The notes beneath the pieces were generated by a model. The model did no database searches and had not been told where the DNA came from. It saw only the letters and a list, made by a program, of their open reading frames with translations. The position numbers and the translations under genes were made by a program. From Candidatus Hydrogenedentota bacterium (GTDB lineage: Bacteria > Hydrogenedentota > Hydrogenedentia > Hydrogenedentales > SLHB01): a stretch of 64,000 nt of DNA. How positions within the stretch are numbered: the stretch's first letter is position 1; every line of letters begins with the position of its first letter. The stretch spans positions 512,001-576,000 of the forward strand of contig CAXXYE010000009.1 of the NCBI GenBank assembly GCA_963674865.2. Direction: 5' to 3'. Of the stretch, positions 8,402 to 18,373 are shown piece after piece.

Positions 8402-11400
8402 ATGCCGCGACGTGACGATATCAAGAAGGTCATGATAATTGGTTCCGGCCCGATTGTGATAGGCCAAGCCTGTGAATTTGACTACTCGGGGACACAGGCG
8501 TGTAAGGCGCTGCGTAAGCTGGGCTACGAAATCGTGTTGGTGAATTCCAATCCAGCCACGATCATGACGGATCCAGGCATGGCGGATGCGACATATATCG
8601 AGCCATTGAATCTCGAAACCATGAAACAGATCGTGGCCCTGGAGCGCCCGGATGCGCTATTGCCGAACCTCGGAGGGCAGTCCGGCCTAAACCTGTCGTC
8701 GGAGCTGGCGCGGAGCGGCGCCTTGGACGAGTATGGCGTGAAGGTGATTGGTGTACAGGTGGACGCCATAGAACGGGGAGAAGACCGCGAAGCATTTAAG
8801 ACTACGATGCAGCGGCTGGGCATTGAAATGCCTAAGAGCGAACTGGCTTATAGCGTTGAGGAAGCGGAACGCATTGCGGACGACATGGGCTATCCCGTTG
8901 TTATCCGGCCGGCCTATACCATGGGAGGCACGGGAGGCGGCTTTGTCTATAACGTCGAGGAACTGCGGACGGTGGCCGCGCGCGGCCTATCCGCCAGCCT
9001 GGTAGGCCAGATCCTTGTCGAGGAATCCGTACTCGGCTGGGAGGAACTTGAACTCGAGGTGGTCCGCGACGCAAAGAACCAGATGATCACGGTTTGTTTC
9101 ATCGAGAACGTGGACGCCATGGGTGTTCATACGGGCGATTCTTACTGCACGGCGCCCATGCTGACGATCGCCCCGGAGCTTCAGAAGCGCCTCCAGAAAC
9201 ACTCCTACGACATCGTCGAAGCCATCGAGGTCATCGGAGGCACCAACATCCAGTTCGCTCACGACCCCGAGACAGGTCGGGTCGTCGTGATTGAGATCAA
9301 TCCTCGTACGTCCCGTTCATCGGCCCTCGCGTCAAAAGCTACCGGCTTCCCCATCGCACTCGTGTCCTCCTTACTGGCCGGGGGATTGACGCTCGACGAG
9401 ATACCGTATTGGCGCGACGGCACCCTCGAGAAGTATACGCCCTCCGGCGACTACGTTGTGGTGAAATTCGCCCGATGGGCTTTCGAGAAATTTCGGGACG
9501 TCGAAGACAAACTCGGAACTCAGATGCGTGCCGTAGGCGAGGTGATGAGCATCGGGAAGACCTATAAGGAGGCCCTCCAAAAGGCGATCCGCTCGCTCGA
9601 AAACCGCCGATACGGCCTGGGATTCGCGAAGGATTTCCACGAAAAGCCTTTGGGTGAGCTGATGAAGATGCTCCAATATCCCACGAGCGAGCGGCAGTTC
9701 ATCATGTACGAGGCGCTCCGCAAGGGGGCGAGCATCCAAGATCTCCACCAACTGACCTACATCAAGCCTTGGTTTATCGAACAAATGAAGGAACTGGTGG
9801 ATCTCGAGGAGGAAATCCTGCGCTTCAAGGGCAAGCAGATCCCCGCCGAGTTGCTCACTCGGGCCAAGAAGGACGGCTTCGCGGACAAGTACCTTTCCGA
9901 AAGGCTCGGGATAGCCGAATCGGCCGTCAGAGCTCAGCGCACCGGCCTCGGAGTCGTCGAGGCATGGGAGGCCGTGCCGGTCAGCGGCGTCGAAGACGCG
10001 GCCTACTACTATTCGACTTACAACGCACCGGACAGCGTCCCGGTCAGCAAGGCCCGAAAGGTAATGGTCCTCGGCGGCGGCCCGAACCGGATCGGACAAG
10101 GCATCGAATTCGACTACTGCTGTGTCCATGCCGCGTTTGCCCTCCGGGAGATGGGCATCGAGTCCATCATGGTCAACTGTAATCCGGAAACCGTGTCGAC
10201 GGATTACGATACCTCCGATAAGCTCTATTTCGAGCCGCTCACCGTGGAGGACGTCCTGAGTATTTACGAGAAGGAGAAGCCGGAAGGCGTTATCGTGCAG
10301 TTTGGCGGACAGACTCCGCTGAACATTGCGCGTGAACTGGCCGAGGCCGGTGTCCCCATTCTCGGAACAACCCCCGACACGATTGACTTGGCGGAGGATC
10401 GCGACCGTTTCAGGCAAACCATGCTCAAATTGGGCATCCCGCAGGCCGAGTCCGGTATGGCCAGCACACTGGAACAGGCACTCGAGATTGCCGAGCGCAT
10501 CGGCTACCCGCTGATGGTTCGCCCGTCCTACGTGCTTGGCGGCCGCGGAATGGAAGTGGTGCATGACGAGGAAATGCTTCGTCAGTACGTTACGGCGGCG
10601 GTCGAGGTGACGCCCGAACGCCCCATCCTGATCGACAAGTTTCTGGAAAACGCTATTGAAGTCGAGGCCGACGCCATTTCCGACGGCACGGACGCCTTTG
10701 TGCCCGCCATCATGGAGCACATCGAACTAGCCGGCATCCACTCGGGCGATTCAGCGTGCGTCATCCCGCCCATCAGTATCCCGGCAAAACATATGGACAC
10801 GATTTCCGAGTACACGAGGAAGATCGCCGTAGAACTCAACGTGGTCGGCCTTATGAATATCCAGTACGCCATCGCCAATGACGTCGTCTACATCCTCGAA
10901 GCCAATCCGCGGGCATCGCGAACTGTGCCGCTGGTGTCGAAAGTCTGCGGCATGGCCATGGCGAAGGTCGCCACGCAGATGATGCTCGGCAAGAGACTGG
11001 CCGACGCGGGCCTGAAGCACCGATCTATCCCTCATTTCGGCGTCAAGGAAGCCGTGTTCCCATTCAACATGTTTCATGAGGTCGACCCGCTCCTGGGGCC
11101 GGAGATGCGCTCCACCGGCGAGGTGCTCGGCTTGGCCGACTCGTTCGGGCTCGCCTTCGCCAAAGCACAGGAGGCCACACATTTGACGCTGCCCTCGGAG
11201 GGTGCCGTACTGCTGACCGTGGCTGACCGCGACAAGGCAGGTGTGGTGGAAGTGGCAAGTCAGTTCCGGGATTTGGGTTTCCGATTGAAGGCCACGGCCG
11301 GTACGCGCGCGCTGTTGGAGGAGCACGGTATCCCCACGGAGCCTATCAACAAGATGCATGAAGGGCGGCCCAACATCGTCGATGCCATCAAGAACGGCGA

Positions 11401-11608
11401 GATCCAACTTGTGATCAACACGCCCAGCGGCAAATTAAGCCAGTATGATGATTCCTACATTCGCAAGAACGCCGTGAAACACAGGATTCCATACATCACA
11501 ACGACGGCCGCGGCATTGGCCGCCGCGCGAGGTATCGCGGCGCGCAGAAAAGCCAAAGGCGGCGTGAAGCCGCTCCAGGAATACCACGAGGGCTTCACAA
11601 GCCTCTAA
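8402..11608 (+). CDS. carB: Carbamoyl-phosphate synthase large subunit
   Basis: MPRRDDIKKVMIIGSGPIVIGQACEFDYSG, GGGPNRIGQGIEFDYCCVH, duplicated ATP-grasp domains, MGS domain; 1068 aa. Confidence 0.98.
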   Translation: MPRRDDIKKVMIIGSGPIVIGQACEFDYSGTQACKALRKLGYEIVLVNSNPATIMTDPGMADATYIEPLNLETMKQIVALERPDALLPNLGGQSGLNLSSELARSGALDEYGVKVIGVQVDAIERGEDREAFKTTMQRLGIEMPKSELAYSVEEAERIADDMGYPVVIRPAYTMGGTGGGFVYNVEELRTVAARGLSASLVGQILVEESVLGWEELELEVVRDAKNQMITVCFIENVDAMGVHTGDSYCTAPMLTIAPELQKRLQKHSYDIVEAIEVIGGTNIQFAHDPETGRVVVIEINPRTSRSSALASKATGFPIALVSSLLAGGLTLDEIPYWRDGTLEKYTPSGDYVVVKFARWAFEKFRDVEDKLGTQMRAVGEVMSIGKTYKEALQKAIRSLENRRYGLGFAKDFHEKPLGELMKMLQYPTSERQFIMYEALRKGASIQDLHQLTYIKPWFIEQMKELVDLEEEILRFKGKQIPAELLTRAKKDGFADKYLSERLGIAESAVRAQRTGLGVVEAWEAVPVSGVEDAAYYYSTYNAPDSVPVSKARKVMVLGGGPNRIGQGIEFDYCCVHAAFALREMGIESIMVNCNPETVSTDYDTSDKLYFEPLTVEDVLSIYEKEKPEGVIVQFGGQTPLNIARELAEAGVPILGTTPDTIDLAEDRDRFRQTMLKLGIPQAESGMASTLEQALEIAERIGYPLMVRPSYVLGGRGMEVVHDEEMLRQYVTAAVEVTPERPILIDKFLENAIEVEADAISDGTDAFVPAIMEHIELAGIHSGDSACVIPPISIPAKHMDTISEYTRKIAVELNVVGLMNIQYAIANDVVYILEANPRASRTVPLVSKVCGMAMAKVATQMMLGKRLADAGLKHRSIPHFGVKEAVFPFNMFHEVDPLLGPEMRSTGEVLGLADSFGLAFAKAQEATHLTLPSEGAVLLTVADRDKAGVVEVASQFRDLGFRLKATAGTRALLEEHGIPTEPINKMHEGRPNIVDAIKNGEIQLVINTPSGKLSQYDDSYIRKNAVKHRIPYITTTAAALAAARGIAARRKAKGGVKPLQEYHEGFTSL

Positions 11609-11697
11609 CGCTTCCTTGAAAGCCTCTCCCGATGACGTGGGAGCGCTGGATTCACGGCACTTGCGCGTACCTCTCAGACGCGAGGCGGTCGTATGAT

Positions 11698-12564
11698 TCA
11701 CGCCTTAAGGCCGCCCTTTGTCAGCCCTTCGACATAGTATTTCATGCCGAATGCGAAAACGGCGACCAGCGGGAGCGAGCCGACTACATATCCCGCCATC
11801 ACGGGGCCGTACTCGAGATTGCCCTCCATGCCGAACTTGGTGACGCCAACGGCGAAGACCTGAAGTTCGGAGCGACTCACCGTCACCAGCGGCCAGATGT
11901 AGCTGTTGTAAGCGCCTACAAATTGCATGATCGCCACCGTGGCGAGGATCGGTAGGGAAAGCGGAAGCGCCACGTGCCAGTAGGCGCGCAACTCCCCCGC
12001 GCCGTCGATACGAGCTGCTTCGAAGAGCGGTTTGGGGATGCTCTCGAAGAATGTCCGGCAGAGGAAGATCCCCATGACTTGTCCCCCTGTGACCAGAGGG
12101 ATGATAAGCACCCATCGCGTGTCTAGAAATCCGTGCCCTCCGACGCCCAGCCAATTATTCCCGCCCACAAACGGGAATTCCTTGTACCAGAGAAAGCCCG
12201 GGACTAACGTCAGCACGCCGGGCACCATCATCAGGGAGAGGATCAGCACGAAGAGCAGGCGTTTCCCCCCGAATTCCAGGCGTGCGAAGACATAGCCGCT
12301 CAACGATGAGAGAAGAACGGTGCCCGCAACGGCTACCGCGCCCACGATCAGACTGTTGAGAATGTACCTCCAAATGAACTGCCAGGCGTCTGCGTAGTAC
12401 GCGCCGTGGATCTGCCGTGGCAAAGACCAGAAGCTGCTGTGGATCTCGGCGTTGCTTTTCTGCGATGTGACGAGGGTCATAAACAGCGGCAGTAAGGTGA
12501 GCAGAACCAACACGCCGAGGCCGGCGATCAACGCCGATTGCCGCCAGGATAGTCCTCGTTTCAT
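11698..12564 (-). CDS. Carbohydrate ABC transporter permease (MalG-like)
   Basis: EAARIDGA motif, multiple TM helices, typical C-terminal GLTKGGLKA. Confidence 0.92.
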   Translation of the reverse strand: MKRGLSWRQSALIAGLGVLVLLTLLPLFMTLVTSQKSNAEIHSSFWSLPRQIHGAYYADAWQFIWRYILNSLIVGAVAVAGTVLLSSLSGYVFARLEFGGKRLLFVLILSLMMVPGVLTLVPGFLWYKEFPFVGGNNWLGVGGHGFLDTRWVLIIPLVTGGQVMGIFLCRTFFESIPKPLFEAARIDGAGELRAYWHVALPLSLPILATVAIMQFVGAYNSYIWPLVTVSRSELQVFAVGVTKFGMEGNLEYGPVMAGYVVGSLPLVAVFAFGMKYYVEGLTKGGLKA

Positions 12565-15137
12565 CCCGGACTCTCCCCCGCCTTCAACACCTTCATGTTG
12601 AACAGCGTGATAGCCAGAATCACCACGAACAGCGCAAATCCTATGGCGCTCCCGTAGCCGAAATTGGAGAATCGGAAGGCCTCATAGTACATCCGAAGCG
12701 CGGGAACCGTTGTCGCCAGGCCCGGCCCGCCGCCGGTCATGATGAGGATGCCCTGGAAGTCCTGGAGGCTGCCGATGAACGCGAGAATCACCAGCAGCCG
12801 TGTCTGGCCGCGCACCAGCGGTATGTCAATCGAGAAGATCCGGCGAAGGGTGCTGTCGGATTCCAGCCGGTAGGCCTCGTGAACGCTTTGCGGAATGTTC
12901 ATCAGGCCTGCCATGTAGATCAGAAGGCCCAAAGCGCCAATCCATGGAAATCCCATGAAGATGATCGCCGGGAGGGCGAGCGAGGGTTCCCCCAGCCAAC
13001 TCGATGTCCAACGCCCGAGCCCAACGGCTTCGAGGCCTTGATTGAGCATGCCCATGGACGGGTCATAGATGAACCGCCAGATGAGAATGCCCACCATGCC
13101 CGGAACTACCATCGGCACCAGGAAGGCGGTGCGAAACCAATACCTCAACCTCCGGCGAACCAGCGCCTGCAGTAGTTCCGCGGCCACGAAAGGAACGACT
13201 GTGGCCTTGAAGACGGAGGCCGCAAGCAGGATCCCCATGTTCCCGGCGCCCCGCCAGACAGCCATGTCGCTTGCGAGTTTCCTGAGGTTGTCCAATCCGT
13301 TGAAGACGGCCGCGTGCCCTTCCTCCCAACGAGTGAAAGCGTGGTAAAGGCCGGAGAGAGCCGGGAAGTAGCTGAATGTTCCCAGCAGCAAGAACGTGGG
13401 GAGAAGCAGCACATAGGCGGTCACGGTGCGCCTGCGTGTCGCGCCGCGTGTCCGGCGGCAATGGTAGGCCCCCAATAAGCCAAAGCAAGCCAGGATCACT
13501 AGAACAGCCAGCAGCCCGTTCTCGAAAGGATTCCAGAGGCGCTTGTGTATCGGGCGTTTTTCCGGCACATCCTCCGTCGTAGGATCAAGATCGACATTTA
13601 GCCGCTCTTGAAGGCGTCCAATGGCCTCAACCATTTGGCGGTGGTACTCATTCAAGTAGTCGTCCAGGGAAAGGCGGCCCCCGAAATACTCCTGGCAGAT
13701 GGTGATCCAGTCCGCGACACTCTCCTGCTCATCGGCGAGGCCGCGGAAATTGATCTTCTCGTAGCCGTGCCCCTCGAAAGGTGCGAACCGCTCGGAAAGA
13801 TCCGCCGGGAGTTCAACTCCGCTCACCACGAACGGGCCGGTTAGAGGTTGTTCGGCGGCCAAGGTCATATCAACGAGGAGCTGTCCCGCCTCCGGGGATG
13901 TCAGGTACATGAGGAAGTCGACCACCCGGCGCTCGTGGGCGGCGTCATCCTTTTGCGTAACGGCAAGCGTCATTCCTGCGCCACCGACGCCGCGAAACGG
14001 CCCTTGTACCAAGGGGTCCGAGGTGATGGGAGGAAACCAGAACACGCCGTAGCGGAAGCGGTCTTCCGGCGCAAGACGCTTGAAATCGCGGATGATTCCC
14101 GTGACGTGACTGCTTGTGAGGATGCACATAGCCGCCCGCTGTCGATAGAATAGCTGGATGGCGCTCTCCTGGTTGGTGCCCATGAAGCCGGGCTGCCAGT
14201 AATCCGAGAAGGCCTTCAGTTGGCGGTGAAGGGCATGAAACTCCTTGCCGCCCGCGTCAAGCCGCCCACTGAGGATAGCGTTGAATAGCCGCTCCTTATT
14301 CGTCACGACGCGCAAGTCCGAATAGGGATTGGCTGGATCATAGTGATAGGAGGCATTCCGCTCGGACTCGTAATCCCAATCCCCCGGCCTGGACATGATC
14401 AGTGGGACAAAGCCGCGCAGATACGCGTCGCCAAACATCCGAAATAGCCAACCCACCGTGCCCGCCCAGAATGAGTCGAAGTCTCCCGGCATCGCCACGG
14501 GGATGATCCCGGCATCCTCGATTGCCTGGCAATGCCCGAGGAATTCCTCCCAGGTCGCCGGAATGTCCAGGTCCAGTTCGTCAAAGATATCCGCGTTGTA
14601 GAAGAGGGCGATGTCAATGAAGTCAATGGGGATCTGGTAAATGCGCTGATGCCACATATACCGGTCGAGCATGGCCGCGTCCAGGCAATCCCGCCATTTT
14701 GTCCCGGTGTATGGATTGATCTCGTCCAGGTAGCGGTCGAGGAACACGAAGCGGCCCTGCTCGACGTATCCGCTCACGTAGTTGACGTTGAAGATATCGG
14801 GAATCAGGTCGCCGCCCGCCGCAAAGCGCGTCCGGATCCACGTCTCAAAGCCTTGGCCGATCACCGTGATGTCTACCGATGTGTCTGGGTGCTCGCGCTG
14901 GTAGCGCCTGGCGATCTCCCCCAGCGCCACGCGGTAGTTGGCGTTCACCGTGGCTAGGGAGATGCGATCCTCCGCGTCATTCGCCTCGGCCCGGCCATGC
15001 ACGGCCAGCGCGCATAAGGCCATGGATAGGACGGCGAGCCAGCAATGCGGAGAGAAGCCGGCTTGGCCGGGCAAGCGTCGGAATCGTGGTACACAAGAGC
15101 AAGAATGTCCAGGTATGGGCATGCCCCCCGAGATCAT
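12561..15137 (-). CDS. Fused extracellular solute-binding protein and MalF-like carbohydrate permease
   Basis: N-terminal SBP family-1 features (LFYNADIF, PATWEEF) continuous with a permease (YDPSMGMLN, WLGEP, YGSAIG); true start uncertain (15023-15137). Confidence 0.85.
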   Translation of the reverse strand: MISGGMPIPGHSCSCVPRFRRLPGQAGFSPHCWLAVLSMALCALAVHGRAEANDAEDRISLATVNANYRVALGEIARRYQREHPDTSVDITVIGQGFETWIRTRFAAGGDLIPDIFNVNYVSGYVEQGRFVFLDRYLDEINPYTGTKWRDCLDAAMLDRYMWHQRIYQIPIDFIDIALFYNADIFDELDLDIPATWEEFLGHCQAIEDAGIIPVAMPGDFDSFWAGTVGWLFRMFGDAYLRGFVPLIMSRPGDWDYESERNASYHYDPANPYSDLRVVTNKERLFNAILSGRLDAGGKEFHALHRQLKAFSDYWQPGFMGTNQESAIQLFYRQRAAMCILTSSHVTGIIRDFKRLAPEDRFRYGVFWFPPITSDPLVQGPFRGVGGAGMTLAVTQKDDAAHERRVVDFLMYLTSPEAGQLLVDMTLAAEQPLTGPFVVSGVELPADLSERFAPFEGHGYEKINFRGLADEQESVADWITICQEYFGGRLSLDDYLNEYHRQMVEAIGRLQERLNVDLDPTTEDVPEKRPIHKRLWNPFENGLLAVLVILACFGLLGAYHCRRTRGATRRRTVTAYVLLLPTFLLLGTFSYFPALSGLYHAFTRWEEGHAAVFNGLDNLRKLASDMAVWRGAGNMGILLAASVFKATVVPFVAAELLQALVRRRLRYWFRTAFLVPMVVPGMVGILIWRFIYDPSMGMLNQGLEAVGLGRWTSSWLGEPSLALPAIIFMGFPWIGALGLLIYMAGLMNIPQSVHEAYRLESDSTLRRIFSIDIPLVRGQTRLLVILAFIGSLQDFQGILIMTGGGPGLATTVPALRMYYEAFRFSNFGYGSAIGFALFVVILAITLFNMKVLKAGESPG

Positions 15138-15158
15138 TCGCCCGGCCCTGTCGCCGCA

Positions 15159-16745
15159 CTACTCATAGACGCTCGCCATAGGCCACGCATCCAACGAGTT
15201 GAGCGCCGCCTCCCGCCCCTGGGCTCGGAGGGAGACGCCCAGGCTGTCTTCGCGCTCGGGATAGACGCGTACGGCAACGCACTGTTTGCCGTTCACGAAT
15301 ACTTCAACGACACTCCGGTCGAGAAAGACGCGCAATTGAAGCGGTTCATCATTCTCAAGGTAAATCGGGGCCGTTTCCGGAGCACGGCAGGTCGCGTCGG
15401 GCGCGAGTGATGCCCGCGAAGAGTCGATGGAGATCAGGCTTTCGCGCCTACGGCTCCCATCTCGTTGGACGTGGAATCCACGGTTCTTGTAGAAGGCGAT
15501 GCGTGTGAATTCCTCTTGCCCGGAAGAGCGCAGGACGTTCATCTCGATGACGGAGCTTCCCTGAGGATCGATCTCGGCCAGTAGCTCCATAGCGTTGCCG
15601 CTGACGCCGTCAAGCACGACCTCCTCGTTTGCCGGCAAAGTCATACTCTCGATGCGCACATGTTCACCACGCAGCGCTTCAACCGCAGCTACAGGCTCCA
15701 TCCGCAATTCGTCTTGCCCCCGCAGTGTGAGCCGGCGCGGCAGCGTCATGATTTGATCCCAGCCTGGTGTGGGCTTGCCGGGATTCATGTTGAACAGTAC
15801 GATGACGCCCCCGTGCCCGTCGGGCGTCGCGGAAGGCGCATGAACGCCGCAGGGATGGGCCGGGCCGAAATTGAAATCGCCGCCGGCCGTTACCGTGAAC
15901 TTGTCCCGCTCGACGTCGTAGTCGCCCAGGAGGTACTTTCCGCCACTCATGTGACTGAAGTGCAGCAGGATGTGGCGGTCGCCGATGGGCCAGAAGTAGG
16001 GGCACGCGCCATCGTCGCCCACAAGGCCGTAGTGATCGTTCTCCAAGAAAGGGTGCAGATACTCCCACGTCGCCAGATCCTTTGATCGGTGCAGGAATTC
16101 CGCCCGGATCGGCTTGCCGCCGGGGCCGTGATTCAGCGTGCCCGCCGTCAGGGCATAGTACGCGCCGCCCTTCTTCCAGATGCAGGGGTCGAAGACGTTA
16201 TACGGCAGCGGCGGCTCGCCCGGCTTCGCGAACGGGATGACGGACTCTCCTGTCACCTTATCCCAGTTCAGGAGCAGCGGGTCGCTCGACACGGCCACCA
16301 TGGTTCCCACCTCCGTGCCGTGGTACATGGCAATCACGCGATCCTCCTCCGCCAGCGCCGCGCCGGAGAAACACTTGTCCTCCGGATTCGGATAGATGGC
16401 GATGGGGAGATCGCGCCAGTGGATCAGGTCATCGCTTACGGCATGCCCCCAATGCTGGCGTGGATCCTCGAGTGGATAGGCCTGATAGAAGAGATGCCAG
16501 CGCCCCTGCCAGAAACACAGCCCGTTCGGGTCATTAAGCGTCCCTTCCGGATTCACGTAATGGTAGATGGGCCGGTATCGATCCCCCGCCATGCCTTTTC
16601 TCGACGCCGCGAAGCGCTGCACCTGAGGATCATCGGCCAGTTGCGCCTCTTGCTCCTCAAGTGTTTTCGCGTAGTGTGCGCGGCGCGGCACACGAGACGA
16701 GCGAACAATAACTTCCCCGGCATCATGAGCTTCGGACTTCGGCAC
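15159..16745 (-). CDS. GH32-family glycoside hydrolase (non-canonical catalytic motifs)
   Basis: LNDPNG, WHLFYQ, WGHAVS, FSG motifs and C-terminal beta-sandwich DRSVVEVF; GTG start at 16745 after AAGGAG. Confidence 0.85.
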   Translation of the reverse strand: MPKSEAHDAGEVIVRSSRVPRRAHYAKTLEEQEAQLADDPQVQRFAASRKGMAGDRYRPIYHYVNPEGTLNDPNGLCFWQGRWHLFYQAYPLEDPRQHWGHAVSDDLIHWRDLPIAIYPNPEDKCFSGAALAEEDRVIAMYHGTEVGTMVAVSSDPLLLNWDKVTGESVIPFAKPGEPPLPYNVFDPCIWKKGGAYYALTAGTLNHGPGGKPIRAEFLHRSKDLATWEYLHPFLENDHYGLVGDDGACPYFWPIGDRHILLHFSHMSGGKYLLGDYDVERDKFTVTAGGDFNFGPAHPCGVHAPSATPDGHGGVIVLFNMNPGKPTPGWDQIMTLPRRLTLRGQDELRMEPVAAVEALRGEHVRIESMTLPANEEVVLDGVSGNAMELLAEIDPQGSSVIEMNVLRSSGQEEFTRIAFYKNRGFHVQRDGSRRRESLISIDSSRASLAPDATCRAPETAPIYLENDEPLQLRVFLDRSVVEVFVNGKQCVAVRVYPEREDSLGVSLRAQGREAALNSLDAWPMASVYE

Positions 16746-16761
16746 GGACTCTCTCCTTAGT

Positions 16762-18123
16762 TCATCGCGCGGCAGGCGCGAACACAATCTCCTGTACATC
16801 TTTCACATTCACATCTCTCGGCTGGACTTGCCGTTGAGCGGCAAGGGCCGCGGCCGTGCCGGCGGCTACGCCGGTGGCCATCGCAATAACCTGCACGCGA
16901 TACGAAGCCATGGCCTCGTGGCTTCCGCTGATGCACCGCCCGGCAACGAGCAATCCATCGACGCGCTCGGGCACCAGGCAGCCGTAAGGGATTTCATACG
17001 GCTTCGGCTTGGGATCCTCGCCGGGAAACAAGCCAATGGCCTGGCCGATTCCATCGGGATTGTGGATATCGACGATGAAGGACGCCTCCCGGACAACGGC
17101 CGTGTCCCAGGCGCGTCCGTCGAGCAGGTCGCGAAGCGCTAAATGCTCCACTCCGCGTATCCTTCGTGTCTCGCGGACGCCGATGACGGCGGGCATCCCC
17201 GATACATAAGCGTTCTGGAAGCCCGGCGCGCGTTTTCGGAGGAACTCGACAATGGGCTTCACCTGGCCCCGCGCCTCGAGTTCGGCCTTGGTGAGATCGC
17301 GCACGTCCGTACCGTCCAGCCTGTTTACCTGAGTCGCGTTGATAACGCGTTCATCACCGCGCAGGGATCGGTAGGTCCTCACGAAGCCGACTGTGGGGGG
17401 AAGTTCGCCGTTTGTGTTCGCGTCATGGGTTATCTCGTTCCACGTGCGGCCGTCCGGGAAGCGGTACTTGCGCCGCCCCCCCTGCGCCTCCATGGAGGCG
17501 CCGTCGTCAACGCCGGATACGCGGAACATGATGGACATGGGCTGGCACAGGCCGTCGGCATCCCACGAGGCTCCGGCGTCCCGTCCCTGATCGTAGGCCG
17601 CGCCGGCGCCGAAGGCCACGTCCCCGTCTCCGGTGGCATCCACGATCACACGCGCGCGCACCACGGCCATGCCCTGTTTGGTTAACAGGCGCACGCCGGA
17701 TACTCTGCCGCCATCGCTCAGGGGCCCAACGACGGGTGTATGCAGCAGAAAGTCCGCTCCGGCTTCGGCGAGCAATTCGGCATACTTGAGATCGATGAAC
17801 TCGTAATCCACGTTTCGGCCGCCGACCTGCTCGACAATCCTATCGACCCAGGCGCTCCGGACGCGTCCCATGAGAGGGCCCACCATGCCTTGCACGGCCA
17901 TGCCCCCCAGACGGCCATGGCGTTCCACCAGGAGGGCCTTGCAGCCTTGGCGAGCGGCCATTATCGCCGCCGCGATCCCCGCCGGGCCACCGCCGCAAAC
18001 CAGCACGTCCACGGTCGCCAGCTCGCGAAGGTCCGCGCCACTCGCCGTGGTATTGTCAGGCAAGCCGCTACCGGGGCCGCTGTCGGCGTTTTCCGTATTG
18101 ACTCGAGTCGATTCAGAACTCAT
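16762..18123 (-). CDS. FAD-dependent oxidoreductase
   Basis: GGGPAG, DATGDGD, GVRETRRI, YEIPYGCLVP and GRCIS motifs. Confidence 0.88.
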   Translation of the reverse strand: MSSESTRVNTENADSGPGSGLPDNTTASGADLRELATVDVLVCGGGPAGIAAAIMAARQGCKALLVERHGRLGGMAVQGMVGPLMGRVRSAWVDRIVEQVGGRNVDYEFIDLKYAELLAEAGADFLLHTPVVGPLSDGGRVSGVRLLTKQGMAVVRARVIVDATGDGDVAFGAGAAYDQGRDAGASWDADGLCQPMSIMFRVSGVDDGASMEAQGGRRKYRFPDGRTWNEITHDANTNGELPPTVGFVRTYRSLRGDERVINATQVNRLDGTDVRDLTKAELEARGQVKPIVEFLRKRAPGFQNAYVSGMPAVIGVRETRRIRGVEHLALRDLLDGRAWDTAVVREASFIVDIHNPDGIGQAIGLFPGEDPKPKPYEIPYGCLVPERVDGLLVAGRCISGSHEAMASYRVQVIAMATGVAAGTAAALAAQRQVQPRDVNVKDVQEIVFAPAAR

Positions 18124-18373
18124 GGATGAAGCTCCCAATGCAATGACGCACGGCACCGGCGCAATCCGGATGCGTCTTCACGAACGAAGCTTCCCGCGCG
18201 CCGACGCCGAGTATACCAGAGGCCCGCGCGCCGAGTCCGGCAAGCCTGAGGCATGGGCCTCTTGCAGGACACGCTGTAACAAGGGCATTCCGAGGCAGGT
18301 TGATGGCGCGGCCTTTCACGGGATATGTTCTCCTTGTGAAAACGGAATAGGATTGTGTTGGAGGAGATTAGCC

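Noticed and set aside
2725..10720. Long antisense ORFs (2725-4542, 6738-8045, 9371-10720 and similar)
   Set aside because: Shadows of real genes caused by high-GC codon bias
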